DNA from: Candidatus Zixiibacteriota bacterium
GTDB lineage: Bacteria; Zixibacteria; MSB-5A5; CAIYYT01
Length of the DNA stretch: 23,522 bases
Assembly: GCA_040235515.1 (NCBI GenBank)
Contig: JBECKX010000021.1
Span: 1-23,522, forward strand
Reading direction: 5' to 3'
In this document: in pieces, positions 7,233-17,494 of the stretch
Position numbering within the stretch: position 1 is the stretch's first letter
How the letters are laid out: each line of letters starts with the position of its first letter
Translations under genes and position numbers: made by a program
Notes under the pieces: generated by a model
Databases searched by the model: none
Told to the model about the DNA's origin: nothing
Seen by the model: the letters and a program-made list of their open reading frames with translations, nothing else

Positions 7233-7262
7233 AAAAAAACCGGGCAGCTTGGGCTACCCGGT
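7233..7262 (-). terminator. intrinsic terminator of the ribosomal superoperon
   Basis: ACCGGGTAGC-CCAA-GCTGCCCGGT followed by a T run, about 40 nt after the rplQ stop. Confidence 0.9.
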
Positions 7263-7300
7263 CGGAATTAGCGAAGCTATTGAGAATCAGAGCAGAATGA

Positions 7301-7909
7301 CTAGCCCTGCTTCTCCTCGTCTGATTCTGCGCCGGCTTCATCGGCAGGCTTAGACTCTTCCTCAGACTCTTCCTCAGCCGTCTCGGCAGCTTCCTCTTCA
7401 GCGGCTGCCGCCTTCTTCTCTTCTTCGTCCGCAGCCCTGGCTTCATCTTCCTTTACCGGAGCCTGAACCGCAGCAGCAGCAGTCGCTGCTTCCGCCTTCG
7501 GCTTTCTGGCGCGGCGTTTTTTCGGCTTCTTGGTGGCCGTCTCTGAGGCCCCATCGAAGATCAGCTCCATCACTGCGACTTCGGCGGCGTCACCGCGGCG
7601 GATTCCGGCCTTGATGATGCGGCTGTAGCCTGAATTACGCTCCTGCAGCTTCGGCACCAGTTCCTGGAAGAGCTTCTTGAGCGCTTCCTTGTGCGGCATA
7701 ACGCTCGCGACCTGACGCCGGCTGTGCAGTGATTCTTCTTTAGCCTTGGTGATCAAACGATCGACGTACGGCTTAAGTGCCCGAGCCTTGGGCGAGGTCG
7801 TACGGATCTTCTCGTGCAAGAACAACGCGGCGGCCATATTAGCCAACGTTGCGTCACGATGAGCCGGCTTACGACTCATTTTGAATATCTTTTTACCGTG
7901 CTGAACCAC
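7301..7909 (-). CDS. rplQ: 50S ribosomal protein L17 with long C-terminal extension
   Basis: HEKIRTT..KA, RNSGYSRIIK and RRGDAA motifs; follows rpoA; GTG start. Confidence 0.96.
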   Translation of the reverse strand: MVQHGKKIFKMSRKPAHRDATLANMAAALFLHEKIRTTSPKARALKPYVDRLITKAKEESLHSRRQVASVMPHKEALKKLFQELVPKLQERNSGYSRIIKAGIRRGDAAEVAVMELIFDGASETATKKPKKRRARKPKAEAATAAAAVQAPVKEDEARAADEEEKKAAAAEEEAAETAEEESEEESKPADEAGAESDEEKQG

Positions 7910-7951
7910 TCTTCCCTACTCCTCGCTCTAAGTACTTAACGTACGTTCCTG

Positions 7952-8941
7952 TTACTCGTTGTTATCGCTGAAGTATTTTGAGACATCCATGCCCCAGGTG
8001 AGACCGAGTTCTTCGAGGATCGCGGTCAGCTCGGTGAGTGACTTACGGCCGAAGTTACGATACTTCAGCATGTCAGACTCGGAGCGCTGGACCAGATCTT
8101 TGAGGGTCTGGATGTTGGCCGCCCGGAGGCAGTTCGAAGAACGGACCGAGAGTTCGAGTTCATCAACGCGGGTGTTGAGCAGGTTGCGAACGCGAACGGT
8201 CTCTTCATCTTCCTTCTTCTCTTCGACCGGGACAATCTCTTCATCGATATGAACAAAATATCTGAGATGATCGCTGAGCAGCTTGGCGCTGAAGCCAACG
8301 GCTTCCTCAGGGCTCATCGAACCGTCGGTGGTGACGTCGAGAGTCAGGCGATCATAATCGGTTTTCTGACCCACGCGCGTATTTTCGACGGTGTAATTGA
8401 CTTTGACTACGGGGCTGAACAGAGAGTCGACCCAGATTGTTCCGACCGGGCGCTCCGGCTGCTCTGCCTTATTCTGATCCGCAAGCACGTAACCGCGGCC
8501 GAGATCGACATCGACTTCCATCACGAACTTCTTATCCTCGGTACATTCGAGCAGATGAAGTTCGGGGTTCATGATTTCGACGTCGGAACCGGTCTCGAGT
8601 TGACCAGCGGTGTACTTGCCTTTGCCGTTGACCTCAAGGCGGATCGTGCGCGGCTCTTCGGAATGGAGCTTGACGCGCAGTTTCTTGATATTGAGTACGA
8701 TCTGCGTGACATCCTCGTAGACACCGGGGATAGTCGAGAACTCGTGCAGCACGCCTTCGATGCGGATCGAAGTGACGGCGGCACCCTGGATAGCTGACAG
8801 CAGAACGCGGCGAAGAGAGTTGCCGATCGTTACGCCGAAGCCACGCTCCAGTGGTTCAAGCACAAAGCGTGTATAGCGTTCCGATTCAGTGCTCTCATCA
8901 GTAGCTACCTCATTGGGCAGCACCAGATTTTTCCATCTCAT
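7952..8941 (-). CDS. rpoA: RNA polymerase subunit alpha
   Basis: EPLERGFGVTIGNSLRRVLLS, LELSVRSSNCL and NFGRKSL motifs. Confidence 0.99.
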   Translation of the reverse strand: MRWKNLVLPNEVATDESTESERYTRFVLEPLERGFGVTIGNSLRRVLLSAIQGAAVTSIRIEGVLHEFSTIPGVYEDVTQIVLNIKKLRVKLHSEEPRTIRLEVNGKGKYTAGQLETGSDVEIMNPELHLLECTEDKKFVMEVDVDLGRGYVLADQNKAEQPERPVGTIWVDSLFSPVVKVNYTVENTRVGQKTDYDRLTLDVTTDGSMSPEEAVGFSAKLLSDHLRYFVHIDEEIVPVEEKKEDEETVRVRNLLNTRVDELELSVRSSNCLRAANIQTLKDLVQRSESDMLKYRNFGRKSLTELTAILEELGLTWGMDVSKYFSDNNE

Positions 8942-8962
8942 TACAGCAACACTCCCTGCGAA

Positions 8963-9592
8963 TTACTTACTGTACAACTCTACGATTAGCTGCTCGGAAA
9001 CCGGCAACGGAATATCTTCACGCTTCGGCAGTTCGAGCAGTTCTCCCTCCAGCGAGGCCTTGTTGAGGCGCAACCACGGCAGATCGGCCGAGCGGTCGGC
9101 ATCTTTCAATGCCATGTGGATGATATCCAGCTTGCGCGACTTCTCTTTGACTTTCACCACGTCGGTCGGACGAAGCTGGAACGAAGGCACATCGACGATT
9201 CTGTCATTGACCGTAAAATGGCGATGACGGACGAGCTGGCGAGCCGACTTACGCGACGGCGCAAAGCCGAGGCGATAGACGAAGTTGTCGAGGCGGCACT
9301 CCAGCAACTGGAGAAGGTTCTCGCCGGTGACGCCTTTACGGCGCGCGGCTTCCTTGAAGTAGTTACGGAACTGTTTTTCGAGCACGCCATAGACGCGACG
9401 GACTTTTTGCTTCTCTCGAAGCTGAAGGCCGTACTCCGACATCTTGCGGCGCATGTTCTGTCCATGCTGACCCGGAGGGAACGGACGGCGTTCGATAGCG
9501 CACTTGGGCGTGTAACAACGCTGTCCCTTCAGGAACAGCTTCTCGCCTTCACGGCGGCACAATTTGCAATTAGCATCACGATAACGAGCCAT
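8963..9592 (-). CDS. rpsD: 30S ribosomal protein S4 (Zn-binding type)
   Basis: [27 protein letters not shown] and IVELYSK motifs. Confidence 0.99.
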   Translation of the reverse strand: MARYRDANCKLCRREGEKLFLKGQRCYTPKCAIERRPFPPGQHGQNMRRKMSEYGLQLREKQKVRRVYGVLEKQFRNYFKEAARRKGVTGENLLQLLECRLDNFVYRLGFAPSRKSARQLVRHRHFTVNDRIVDVPSFQLRPTDVVKVKEKSRKLDIIHMALKDADRSADLPWLRLNKASLEGELLELPKREDIPLPVSEQLIVELYSK

Positions 9593-9610
9593 ACTCTGGT
9601 TACACTCCCA

Positions 9611-10003
9611 TTAAACTCTGCGGCGCTTACGCGGTCGACAACCGTTATGCGGAATCGGGGTGACATCCTTGATCGCGGTGACTTCGAGTCCGGCCGCCTG
9701 CAGCGAACGGATGGCAGCCTCACGGCCCGATCCGGGACCTTTCACCCAAACTTCAACTTTTCTCAAACCCTGGTCGATCGCCTCTTTGGCTGAAGATGAT
9801 GCAGCGAGCTGAGCGGCGAACGGGGTTGATTTCTTCGAACCCTTGAATCCGGACTTGCCGGCAGATGACCAGGAAATCACAGCACCAGTGCTATCGGTGA
9901 TAGAAATGATGGTGTTGTTAAACGTCGACTTTATATGCGCCACGCCGTTCTGTTCTACACGACGTGTTTTCTTTTTGGTGCGCTTTCCTTTCGGATTAGC
10001 CAA
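9611..10003 (-). CDS. rpsK: 30S ribosomal protein S11
   Basis: [16 protein letters not shown] and [12 protein letters not shown] motifs; TTG start. Confidence 0.99.
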   Translation of the reverse strand: MANPKGKRTKKKTRRVEQNGVAHIKSTFNNTIISITDSTGAVISWSSAGKSGFKGSKKSTPFAAQLAASSSAKEAIDQGLRKVEVWVKGPGSGREAAIRSLQAAGLEVTAIKDVTPIPHNGCRPRKRRRV

Positions 10004-10084
10004 TGAACTACTCCTTTATCAGTAACTCAACAAATCAATTCAAAGATCATTTCGGACATTCAGGGTCACCTGCATAGTACGAGA

Positions 10085-10462
10085 CTACTTACCGGCTTTC
10101 TTCTTGCCGGCGATGGTGCGCTTCGGACCCTTACGGGTACGGGCGTTGGTCTTGGTACGCTGGCCGCGACACGGCAAGCCACGACGATGACGGAGACCGC
10201 GGTAGCAGCCGATATCGATGAGGCGTTTGATATTCATCGCCACTTCGCTGCGCAGCATACCCTCGACGCGATAGTCGTTTTCGATGACACTACGCAATTT
10301 GGCGGTATCTTCCTCGGTCATCTTATGGACCCGCACATCGGGGTCGATGCCGGTTTTCTGTAAAATTTCTTTGGCGGACGTGTTGCCAATGCCAAAGATG
10401 TAGGTCAATGCAACTTCGATACGCTTATCGCGCGGTAAATCGACACCTGCTATACGTGCCAA
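10085..10462 (-). CDS. rpsM: 30S ribosomal protein S13
   Basis: ARIAGVDLP and [29 protein letters not shown] start after AGGAGGT. Confidence 0.99.
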   Translation of the reverse strand: MARIAGVDLPRDKRIEVALTYIFGIGNTSAKEILQKTGIDPDVRVHKMTEEDTAKLRSVIENDYRVEGMLRSEVAMNIKRLIDIGCYRGLRHRRGLPCRGQRTKTNARTRKGPKRTIAGKKKAGK

Positions 10463-10473
10463 GGTAACCTCCT

Positions 10474-10500
10474 AAAAACAGCCACTCCGACAGGCGGCTA
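10474..10500 (-). terminator. terminator/attenuator-like hairpin between rpmJ and rpsM
   Basis: TAGCCGC-CTGTCGGA-GTGGCTG (7 bp, 2 G-U) followed by TTTTT, directly abutting the rpsM SD. Confidence 0.4.
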
Positions 10501-10502
10501 TA

Positions 10503-10619
10503 TCAACCCTGCCGCTGTTTGTGATTCGGGTTCTTCTTGCAGATAACCCGCACCACACCGCGGCGGCGGATAATTTTGCAATACTCACAACGCGGTTTAA
10601 CCGATGATCCAACTTTCAT
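10503..10619 (-). CDS. rpmJ: 50S ribosomal protein L36 (not in the ORF track)
   Basis: Manual translation [38 protein letters not shown]; lies between infA and rpsM. Confidence 0.98.
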   Translation of the reverse strand: MKVGSSVKPRCEYCKIIRRRGVVRVICKKNPNHKQRQG

Positions 10620-10655
10620 GATACTCTCCAGATTCTCCAGTCAAACAGCTTCCGT

Positions 10656-10874
10656 CTATTTGTAACGGTAAACAATTCGGCCTTTGGACAAGTCGTAGGG
10701 AGAAAGCTCCAAAGTCACCTTATCGCCCGGGAGAATCTTGATGAAGTGCATTCTCATTTTACCGGAGACATGAGCCAGCACCTTATGTCCATTGTCGAGT
10801 TCGACTCTGAACATGGCGTTCGGCAGCGGTTCCAGAACTTTGCCTTCTACCTTAATTGTCGCTTCTTTAGTCAT
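10656..10874 (-). CDS. infA: translation initiation factor IF-1
   Basis: [29 protein letters not shown] and SPYDL motifs. Confidence 0.99.
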   Translation of the reverse strand: MTKEATIKVEGKVLEPLPNAMFRVELDNGHKVLAHVSGKMRMHFIKILPGDKVTLELSPYDLSKGRIVYRYK

Positions 10875-11625
10875 TCGTTCCGTTTACAGTCAAAATCTTG
10901 ACGCCGTCCTCCGTAATCGCGATCGTATTCTCCCAGTGGGCTGAGATTTCACGATCTGCCGTTACGATTGTCCAGCCGTCCTCCAACGTTTCTATCTCGT
11001 AAGTCCCGGCGTTGATCATCGGCTCAACTGCCAGCACCATGCCCGGCTTCAGCACCGGACCGTGACCCGGCTCGCCGTAGTTCGGCACCTGCGGGTCTTC
11101 GTGCAAATTGCGGCCGACGCCGTGGCCCACCAAATCTCGAACAACCGAAAAGCCGTGGCGTTCCGCATATTTCTGAATAGCCGAAGACATATCGGAGAGC
11201 CTGGCGCCCGGTTTGGCCGCCTTGATCCCCTCCGCTAAGGCTTCGCGCACGACTTCGGCGATTCGCTGCTTCTCGCGGGAGACGTTTCCGACGAGATAGC
11301 TGCGCGCGGCATCGCCATGAAAGCCGTTCTTATAAACTCCTATATCCACCTTCACCAGATCGCCATCTTTGATCTTGCGCGAATCCGGTATACCGTGAAC
11401 GATCACTTCGTCGATCGAGATACAGGTTGACGCGGGATAGCCGCGATAACCGAGAAACGAGGGTGTACCACCCTCTGACTCGATCAATTTCTGCACCTCG
11501 CGATCAAGCTCAAGCGTTGAGAGTCCCGGCTTGATGATCTCCGCAACCAGCTTGTGAGCTTTCGCGACGATCCTGCCGGCTTCTGCCATCGCCTCAATCT
11601 CGGCTTTTGACTTCAGCTCGATCAT
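10867..11625 (-). CDS. map: type I methionine aminopeptidase
   Basis: MIELKS start at ATG 11625; HGIP, DIG..GFHGD, GHGVG..LHEDP, EPMI and AHWENT metal-site motifs. Confidence 0.98.
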   Translation of the reverse strand: MIELKSKAEIEAMAEAGRIVAKAHKLVAEIIKPGLSTLELDREVQKLIESEGGTPSFLGYRGYPASTCISIDEVIVHGIPDSRKIKDGDLVKVDIGVYKNGFHGDAARSYLVGNVSREKQRIAEVVREALAEGIKAAKPGARLSDMSSAIQKYAERHGFSVVRDLVGHGVGRNLHEDPQVPNYGEPGHGPVLKPGMVLAVEPMINAGTYEIETLEDGWTIVTADREISAHWENTIAITEDGVKILTVNGTND

Positions 11626-11647
11626 TTCCTGTGGCCCCGTTCTTCCC

Positions 11648-12310
11648 TTACGCCTGTTCGAACGAACTGAGCGCCGTGAGAATTCGGTTGCTAACCTCCG
11701 CCGGTTCGGCATCACCATCGATATCGATCATAATACCCTTCTTAGCGTAATATTCCTCCAGCGGCTTGGTCTGTTCGTGATAAACTTCCAAGCGCCGGCG
11801 AATCACTTCCGGCGTGTCGTCCTTACGCTTCTCCAAACGAGCGCCATCTATGTCACAAACTCCCGGCACAACCGGTGGGTTTGACACTTCGTTGTAGATC
11901 TTGCCGCAAATGGGGCAGCTTACGCGCTGACCTAAGCGGCCGACGATGATCTCGTCATCAAGCTGCAGGTTGACTACCGCGTCGAGGGCAACGTTCAATT
12001 TCTTCGCGATCGCATCAAGCCCTTCGGCCTGGGCGACCGTGCGCGGAAAGCCATCGAGGATGAACCCCTCGGCAGCCTTGCCCTTCTTCAACCGCTCCTC
12101 AACCATGTTGAGGATAATTTCATCGGCCACCAGCTTGCCGGCTTCCATCGCAGCCCTGGCCTGTTTGCCGAGGTCCGATTCGTTGCGAACCTCTTCACGC
12201 AGGATGTCGCCGGTCGAGAGGTGTTCGAGCCGAAGCTCGAGCGCCAATGTATGTGCCTGCGTACCTTTCCCCGATCCTGGGGGGCCGAGCAGGATCAGGC
12301 GATCCGTCAT
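11648..12310 (-). CDS. adk: adenylate kinase with Zn-type LID
   Basis: GPPGSGKGTQ, STGDILR and LDGFPRT motifs; LID CPIC...CDID. Confidence 0.98.
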   Translation of the reverse strand: MTDRLILLGPPGSGKGTQAHTLALELRLEHLSTGDILREEVRNESDLGKQARAAMEAGKLVADEIILNMVEERLKKGKAAEGFILDGFPRTVAQAEGLDAIAKKLNVALDAVVNLQLDDEIIVGRLGQRVSCPICGKIYNEVSNPPVVPGVCDIDGARLEKRKDDTPEVIRRRLEVYHEQTKPLEEYYAKKGIMIDIDGDAEPAEVSNRILTALSSFEQA

Positions 12311-13623
12311 AGTGCGGATCTACCCTTAATGCGTCCCGACTTCATGAAGCCGTCGTAATGACGCATGATTAAATGCGATTCAATCTGCTGCAACGTATCG
12401 AGCGCCACACCGACGACGATCAGGATTCCGGTACCACCGAAGTAGTACTTAACGCCGAATTGCTGGATCAGCAGGTACGGCAGAATCGCGATCAGGGCGA
12501 AGAATATCGCGCCGGGCAGGGTGATACGAGTGAGCACTTTATCTATATACTCAGCGGTGCGCTGTCCCGGTCTGATGCCGGGAATGAACGCGCCCTGTTT
12601 CTTCATGTTATCCGCCATGTCGATCGGATTCACGACGATAGCGGTGTAGAAGTAGGCGAAGAATATGATAATAACGCCGTAGACGATGTTATACGTGATC
12701 GCACCGGGCGAGAGATAGCTGACAAAATTCTGCACCATATCGGAGTTCGGAAAGAGCGTCAACAAAGTCGCCGGTGCGAACATGATCGACTGGGCAAAGA
12801 TGATCGGGATAACACCGGCGGTGTTGACCGAGAGCGGCAGGTGAGTGGTGACGCCACCCATTACTTTGCGGCCCACGATGCGCTTGGCATGCTGTACCGG
12901 AATTTTCCGCTGTGCACGGGTCACCAGGACGATCGCCGCGATCGTCACGATCATGATGGCGATCAGGAATATCTCGACGAAGAAGTTACGGGTGCCGGCC
13001 TGCACATCAACGACCTCATCGATGATCGCGCGCGGGAAGGCGGCGATGATACCGATGAAGATGATCAACGAGATACCGTTTCCGATGCCGCGCTCGGTGA
13101 TCTGTTCACCGAGCCACATGATAAAGATCGTGCCGGAGGTGAAGGTGATCATACAGAGCAGGTTGAAGCCGAAGCCGGGATCGATAACGACCGATTGGCC
13201 GGGGCTCGGCTGCAGCGACTGCAACCAGACTGAGACGCCGAAGGCCTGCAGCAACGAAATCAGCACGGTACCGTAACGGGTGTACTGGGTGATCTTTCTC
13301 CTGCCTTCTTCACCTTCCTTGGAGAGGCGCTGGAAATATGGGAAGATCGGTGTCAACAACTGGATAATAATTGACGCTGAGATGTAGGGCATGATGCCGA
13401 GCGAGAAGATGGTAGCTTTCTGGAAGGCGCCACCGACGAACATGTCAAACATCCCGAACAGCGTGCCGGCCTGATTGGCGAAGAACTGCTGCAACAGTGT
13501 TGCATCAATTCCGGGAGCCGGGACGTGTCCACCGATTCGATATACAACCAAAATGCCGAGGGTGAAGAGTATCCTCTGCCTCAGCTCTCGAATGCGAAAT
13601 ATGTTTTGAAACTTTTCTAACAC
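12307..13623 (-). CDS. secY: preprotein translocase SecY
   Basis: LGIMPYISASII, GIGNGISLIIF, GVIPIIFA and IPGIRPG motifs; GTG start. Confidence 0.99.
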   Translation of the reverse strand: MLEKFQNIFRIRELRQRILFTLGILVVYRIGGHVPAPGIDATLLQQFFANQAGTLFGMFDMFVGGAFQKATIFSLGIMPYISASIIIQLLTPIFPYFQRLSKEGEEGRRKITQYTRYGTVLISLLQAFGVSVWLQSLQPSPGQSVVIDPGFGFNLLCMITFTSGTIFIMWLGEQITERGIGNGISLIIFIGIIAAFPRAIIDEVVDVQAGTRNFFVEIFLIAIMIVTIAAIVLVTRAQRKIPVQHAKRIVGRKVMGGVTTHLPLSVNTAGVIPIIFAQSIMFAPATLLTLFPNSDMVQNFVSYLSPGAITYNIVYGVIIIFFAYFYTAIVVNPIDMADNMKKQGAFIPGIRPGQRTAEYIDKVLTRITLPGAIFFALIAILPYLLIQQFGVKYYFGGTGILIVVGVALDTLQQIESHLIMRHYDGFMKSGRIKGRSAL

Positions 13624-13673
13624 TGAGAATTTATCCTAATGGTTGGGTCCGTGCCATTCCGTAGCGACGAACC

Positions 13674-14117
13674 TTAGACTATTTCCACCTTGCCGCCGGC
13701 GGCAGTAATTTTCTCGATTGCAGACTGGGATGCCGCATGCACCTTCAGGGTCAGGCTGGCTTTCAGCTCACCGCTGCCCAGCACCTTGACCGGCTTGCGC
13801 ACGGTGCGCACCAGCTTCTTTGCTTTCAGGGTCTCGATTGTGATCTCGTCACCGGCCGAGAATTTGGCATCGAGGTCCGCCACGTTGATGACCTGGTACT
13901 CGGTACGGTTGACGTTGGAGAAGCCGCGCTTCGGTATGCGGCGCAGGATCGGCATCTGGCCGCCTTCGCGCCAGAGATTGGTCTTGTATCCCGAGCGGGC
14001 CTTCTGTCCCTTGTGGCCCTTGCCGGAGGTTTTACCGAGACCGGAACCGGGACCGCGGCCAACGCGCTTGGGGCTGGTCGTTGCGCCTTGTGGTTTTTCC
14101 AGACTATCGAGTTTCAT
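13674..14117 (-). CDS. rplO: 50S ribosomal protein L15
   Basis: [26 protein letters not shown] and EGGQMP..RIPKRGF. Confidence 0.99.
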   Translation of the reverse strand: MKLDSLEKPQGATTSPKRVGRGPGSGLGKTSGKGHKGQKARSGYKTNLWREGGQMPILRRIPKRGFSNVNRTEYQVINVADLDAKFSAGDEITIETLKAKKLVRTVRKPVKVLGSGELKASLTLKVHAASQSAIEKITAAGGKVEIV

Positions 14118-14122
14118 CGTAT

Positions 14123-14305
14123 TCAGACCTCTTCCACTTTCACCATGAAGCGCACGGCGTTGATCATTCCACGAATCTGCGGAGTATCGGTGTGCACCGC
14201 GGAGTGGTTGACTTTGCGAATGCCGAGTGCACGCACGGTATCGCGGTGACGCTGCATGCGTCCCGAGAAACCTTTCACCAGAGTAACTTTCAACTTCTTC
14301 GCCAT
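14123..14305 (-). CDS. rpmD: 50S ribosomal protein L30
   Basis: KLKVTLVK...TVRALGIRK...DTPQIRGMI; lies between rpsE and rplO; ATG 14305. Confidence 0.95.
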   Translation of the reverse strand: MAKKLKVTLVKGFSGRMQRHRDTVRALGIRKVNHSAVHTDTPQIRGMINAVRFMVKVEEV

Positions 14306-14332
14306 GATTCTCGCTACCAATCTCGCTTTGCG

Positions 14333-14842
14333 CTATTGCTCGTTGTTCTCGGCCACGGCATCCTGCGCGCCACGGAACTCGAGGTGTTCCTGACGAGTTT
14401 TGAGGCGCTGGAGGCCTTCCATGGTTGCCTTGACGACATTATGCGGACTCGTAGAGCCGAGTGACTTGGTCAGGATATCCTGGATGCCGGCTGCTTCCAG
14501 AATCGCGCGCACGGTACCACCGGCGATTACGCCGGTACCGGGAGCGGCGGGCTTGAGCAGCACACGGGCAGCGCCGTAGCGTCCGGTGACTTCATGAGGA
14601 ATCGTTCCTTCACGCAAAGAGATTTTCACCATGCTCTTGCGGCCATCCTCGGTCGCCTTGCGGATTGCTTCGACAACTTCCGACGCTTTACCGAGGCCGA
14701 CCCCGACATTACCATTCTTGTCACCAACGCTGACGATAGCGGTGAAAGAGAAGCGGCGACCACCCTTGATCACCTTGGCAACGCGGTTGATGCTGATTAC
14801 CTTCTCTGCAAATTCCTGTTCCTGACTTTCGTAACGAGCCAA
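14333..14842 (-). CDS. rpsE: 30S ribosomal protein S5
   Basis: [16 protein letters not shown] and [15 protein letters not shown] start. Confidence 0.99.
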   Translation of the reverse strand: MARYESQEQEFAEKVISINRVAKVIKGGRRFSFTAIVSVGDKNGNVGVGLGKASEVVEAIRKATEDGRKSMVKISLREGTIPHEVTGRYGAARVLLKPAAPGTGVIAGGTVRAILEAAGIQDILTKSLGSTSPHNVVKATMEGLQRLKTRQEHLEFRGAQDAVAENNEQ

Positions 14843-14865
14843 TTTATAAACCTCTTAATCGAGTA

Positions 14866-15240
14866 CTAGAATTCCAGTCCACCCTTGCGGGCACCCTCGG
14901 CCACCGCTTTGACGCGGCCGTGGTATTGATAACGGTTGCGGTCGAACACGACGCTCTTGATGCCTTTTTCCACGGCTCTCTTCGCCAGGGCTTCGCCGAC
15001 GATTAAGGAGAGATCAACCTTCTTCTCAGCCTTCTTCAAAGCTTCGGCCATATCCTTGTCGATCGACGAGCAGGAGAGGAGGGTTCTACCGTTGAGGTCA
15101 TCGATCACCTGCGCGTAGATATTCTTCGCGGAACGGTAAACCGACAAACGGGGACGCTCCGGGGTACCGACAACTTTCTTGCGAACACGCAGTTGGCGCC
15201 GGTGCTCTTTAAATTTCCTGATACGAGTCATCTTCGTCAT
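14866..15240 (-). CDS. rplR: 50S ribosomal protein L18
   Basis: [15 protein letters not shown] and VFDR..YHGRVKA.A..AR.GGL.F. Confidence 0.99.
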   Translation of the reverse strand: MTKMTRIRKFKEHRRQLRVRKKVVGTPERPRLSVYRSAKNIYAQVIDDLNGRTLLSCSSIDKDMAEALKKAEKKVDLSLIVGEALAKRAVEKGIKSVVFDRNRYQYHGRVKAVAEGARKGGLEF

Positions 15241-15319
15241 ATTACTACTCCGCTAACACGCTAACTTACAAAACCAGTCCAATCGCAGATCCGTGCAAGG
15301 CTGATCCATGAGTGGCTCT

Positions 15320-15856
15320 CTAGACAGCAGCCTTTCCAGCTTTTTTGCGCACGAACTCACCGGCGTACCGAATGCCTTTGCCCTTGTACGGCTCCGGCGG
15401 ACGGAACCCGCGGATTTTGGCGGCAACCTGTCCGACCAATTCTTTATCGATACCCTGCACGCGAACATGGTTTGGATCATCGAGCACGAATTCCACACCC
15501 TCCACCGGCTTGACCATGATCGGGTGCGAGAAGCCGACGGCGAGGCGCAGGTGGCGTCCCCGCAGCTCGGCGCGATAGCCGACGCCGTTGATCTCGAGAA
15601 CCTTTTCGAAGCCCTCCGAAGTACCCTTGACCATATTGAAAATCAACTGGCGGGTCAGACCATGCAATGAACGGTGAAACTTGCTGTCGGAGGGACGCTC
15701 CACCAGAATCTGAGATTCCTCCTGCTTGGCTGTCATTGAGGGATGGATATCCCTTTCAAGAGAACCCTTGGGTCCGGTCACCTTGACGTGGCTGCCGTTG
15801 ATTTCGACTTTCACCTTGGCAGGCAACTCGATCGGGGCTTTTCCTACTCGCGACAT
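15320..15856 (-). CDS. rplF: 50S ribosomal protein L6
   Basis: MSRVGKAP, GVGYRA and RPPEPYKGKGIRY. Confidence 0.99.
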   Translation of the reverse strand: MSRVGKAPIELPAKVKVEINGSHVKVTGPKGSLERDIHPSMTAKQEESQILVERPSDSKFHRSLHGLTRQLIFNMVKGTSEGFEKVLEINGVGYRAELRGRHLRLAVGFSHPIMVKPVEGVEFVLDDPNHVRVQGIDKELVGQVAAKIRGFRPPEPYKGKGIRYAGEFVRKKAGKAAV

Positions 15857-15892
15857 TTCTAAATCTTTCCTCTAACTCTATTCAATCCGGTG

Positions 15893-16291
15893 CTACCAAA
15901 CGTAGCAGACAGCTTCTCCACCAACGCCCTCACGAGCGGCATCACGATGCGTCATCAATCCCCTTGAGGTACTGATGATGGTGGTCCCGAGTTTGTAGCT
16001 GTACATCTTGACTTTGTCTTTATCAGCGTACTGGCGCAGACCGGGACGTGAGACGCGACGGAGGCCACGAATGACCGGTTCGTCGTTCTGGGTATAGCGC
16101 AGGTAGACGCGCAGGATTCCCTGCTTACCATCCTTCACCTCGACGCTCTTCTTGATAAACTTCTGCTCTTCCAGGATGCGAGCGAGTTCACGCTTGAGGT
16201 TGGAGGCAGGAATATCAACGCGTTTCATCTTGGCTTTGCATCCATTCCGGATGCGTGTAAGCATGTCAGCAATCGGATCGGTAACAGGCAT
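15893..16291 (-). CDS. rpsH: 30S ribosomal protein S8
   Basis: DPIADMLTRIRNG, VSRPGLR.Y, ISTSRG and GGE..C.VW. Confidence 0.99.
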   Translation of the reverse strand: MPVTDPIADMLTRIRNGCKAKMKRVDIPASNLKRELARILEEQKFIKKSVEVKDGKQGILRVYLRYTQNDEPVIRGLRRVSRPGLRQYADKDKVKMYSYKLGTTIISTSRGLMTHRDAAREGVGGEAVCYVW

Positions 16292-16309
16292 TATTGCTTC
16301 TCTCCACTA

Positions 16310-16495
16310 CTACCAGCTAGCTTTGACCACGCCCGGCAAATCGCCCGCCAGCGCCATTTCACGGAAACAAATGCGGCAGAGGCCGAACTTGCGCAGGTAA
16401 CCGCGCGGACGACCACAGCGACGACAGCGACTATAGGACCGAACCTTGAATTTCGGTTTACGCTTGGCCTTTTCTACAAGACAGGTCTTTGCCAA
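16310..16495 (-). CDS. rpsN: 30S ribosomal protein S14 type Z
   Basis: [10 protein letters not shown] and GLCRICFRE; 61 aa; TTG start. Confidence 0.98.
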   Translation of the reverse strand: MAKTCLVEKAKRKPKFKVRSYSRCRRCGRPRGYLRKFGLCRICFREMALAGDLPGVVKASW

Positions 16496-16551
16496 AACTA
16501 ACTTCTCCTCAGACAGGTTCTATCGAAACCCGGCTTTACTTCAACCTTGAA

Positions 16552-17091
16552 CTATTTCCTGAACGGCATCTTGAGCATGGTGAGCAGGCGCAGCGCCTCC
16601 TCATCAGTCTCAGCCGTGGTAACGATTGTCACGTTCATTCCGCGGATCTTATCGATTTTATCGTAGTCGATCTCCGGGAAGATGATCTGCTCCTTGAGAC
16701 CGATCGTGTAGTTGCCGCGGCCATCGAATGCCTTGGGGGAAATCCCGCGGAAGTCACGAACGCGCGGGAACGCTACACTGGTCAGACGGTCCAGGAACTC
16801 ATACATACGGTGACGGCGCAGCGTCACGGCGACACCGATCGGCATACCCTCACGCAGCTTGAAATTCGAGATCGACTTCCGAGCGCGACGAATGTACGGC
16901 TTCTGGCCGGTAATCGTCGTCATATCACCCGAGGCGGCCTCAAGCGCCTTGGCATTCGTGATCGCTTCACCAACGCCCATGTTCACCACGATCTTGGTGA
17001 CGCGTGGAACTTCCATCGGGTTCTTATAACCGCCTTCTTTCATCAGGCGCGGCACGACCTCTTTCTGATAGTAATCTTGTAATCTAGTCAT
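16552..17091 (-). CDS. rplE: 50S ribosomal protein L5
   Basis: [23 protein letters not shown] and FDGRGNY. Confidence 0.99.
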   Translation of the reverse strand: MTRLQDYYQKEVVPRLMKEGGYKNPMEVPRVTKIVVNMGVGEAITNAKALEAASGDMTTITGQKPYIRRARKSISNFKLREGMPIGVAVTLRRHRMYEFLDRLTSVAFPRVRDFRGISPKAFDGRGNYTIGLKEQIIFPEIDYDKIDKIRGMNVTIVTTAETDEEALRLLTMLKMPFRK

Positions 17092-17163
17092 GATCTATTT
17101 CAACTACTCTTCTAACTTCCCACTGTCGACTTAAGCCATCTGCTTTGCTGCAGCGCGGCGCGG

Positions 17164-17490
17164 TTAAACGACCTCTCCGGTCTTTTTGCTAATCCTGACC
17201 TTCTCAACCACGTCGCCCTTATCGTTGGTGATCACATGGAACCCAACGCGTGTGGCCTGCCCAGATTTGCCGTCGTAGAGCATCACCTTGGACATGTGGA
17301 TCGGGCCTTCCTTCTCAATGATGCCACCCTTGGGGTTGCGCTGAGAGGGACGGCTGTGGCGCTTGACGAGATTGACGCCTTCGACGAGCACCTTGTTCTT
17401 GTCGGGGTCGACCATCAGGACGCGGCCAACTTTACCGCGGCTGTTACCGCTGAGGACCTTGACCTGGTCGCCTTTACGAATCTTGGACAT
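17164..17490 (-). CDS. rplX: 50S ribosomal protein L24
   Basis: KOW motif IRKGDQVKVLSG, VEGVN and GGIIEKE.PIH.S.V. Confidence 0.99.
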   Translation of the reverse strand: MSKIRKGDQVKVLSGNSRGKVGRVLMVDPDKNKVLVEGVNLVKRHSRPSQRNPKGGIIEKEGPIHMSKVMLYDGKSGQATRVGFHVITNDKGDVVEKVRISKKTGEVV

Positions 17491-17494
17491 AGGA

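Noticed and set aside
11626..11718. ORF-track N-terminal extension of Map
   Set aside because: It overlaps adk; the family-typical start MIELKS is at 11625.
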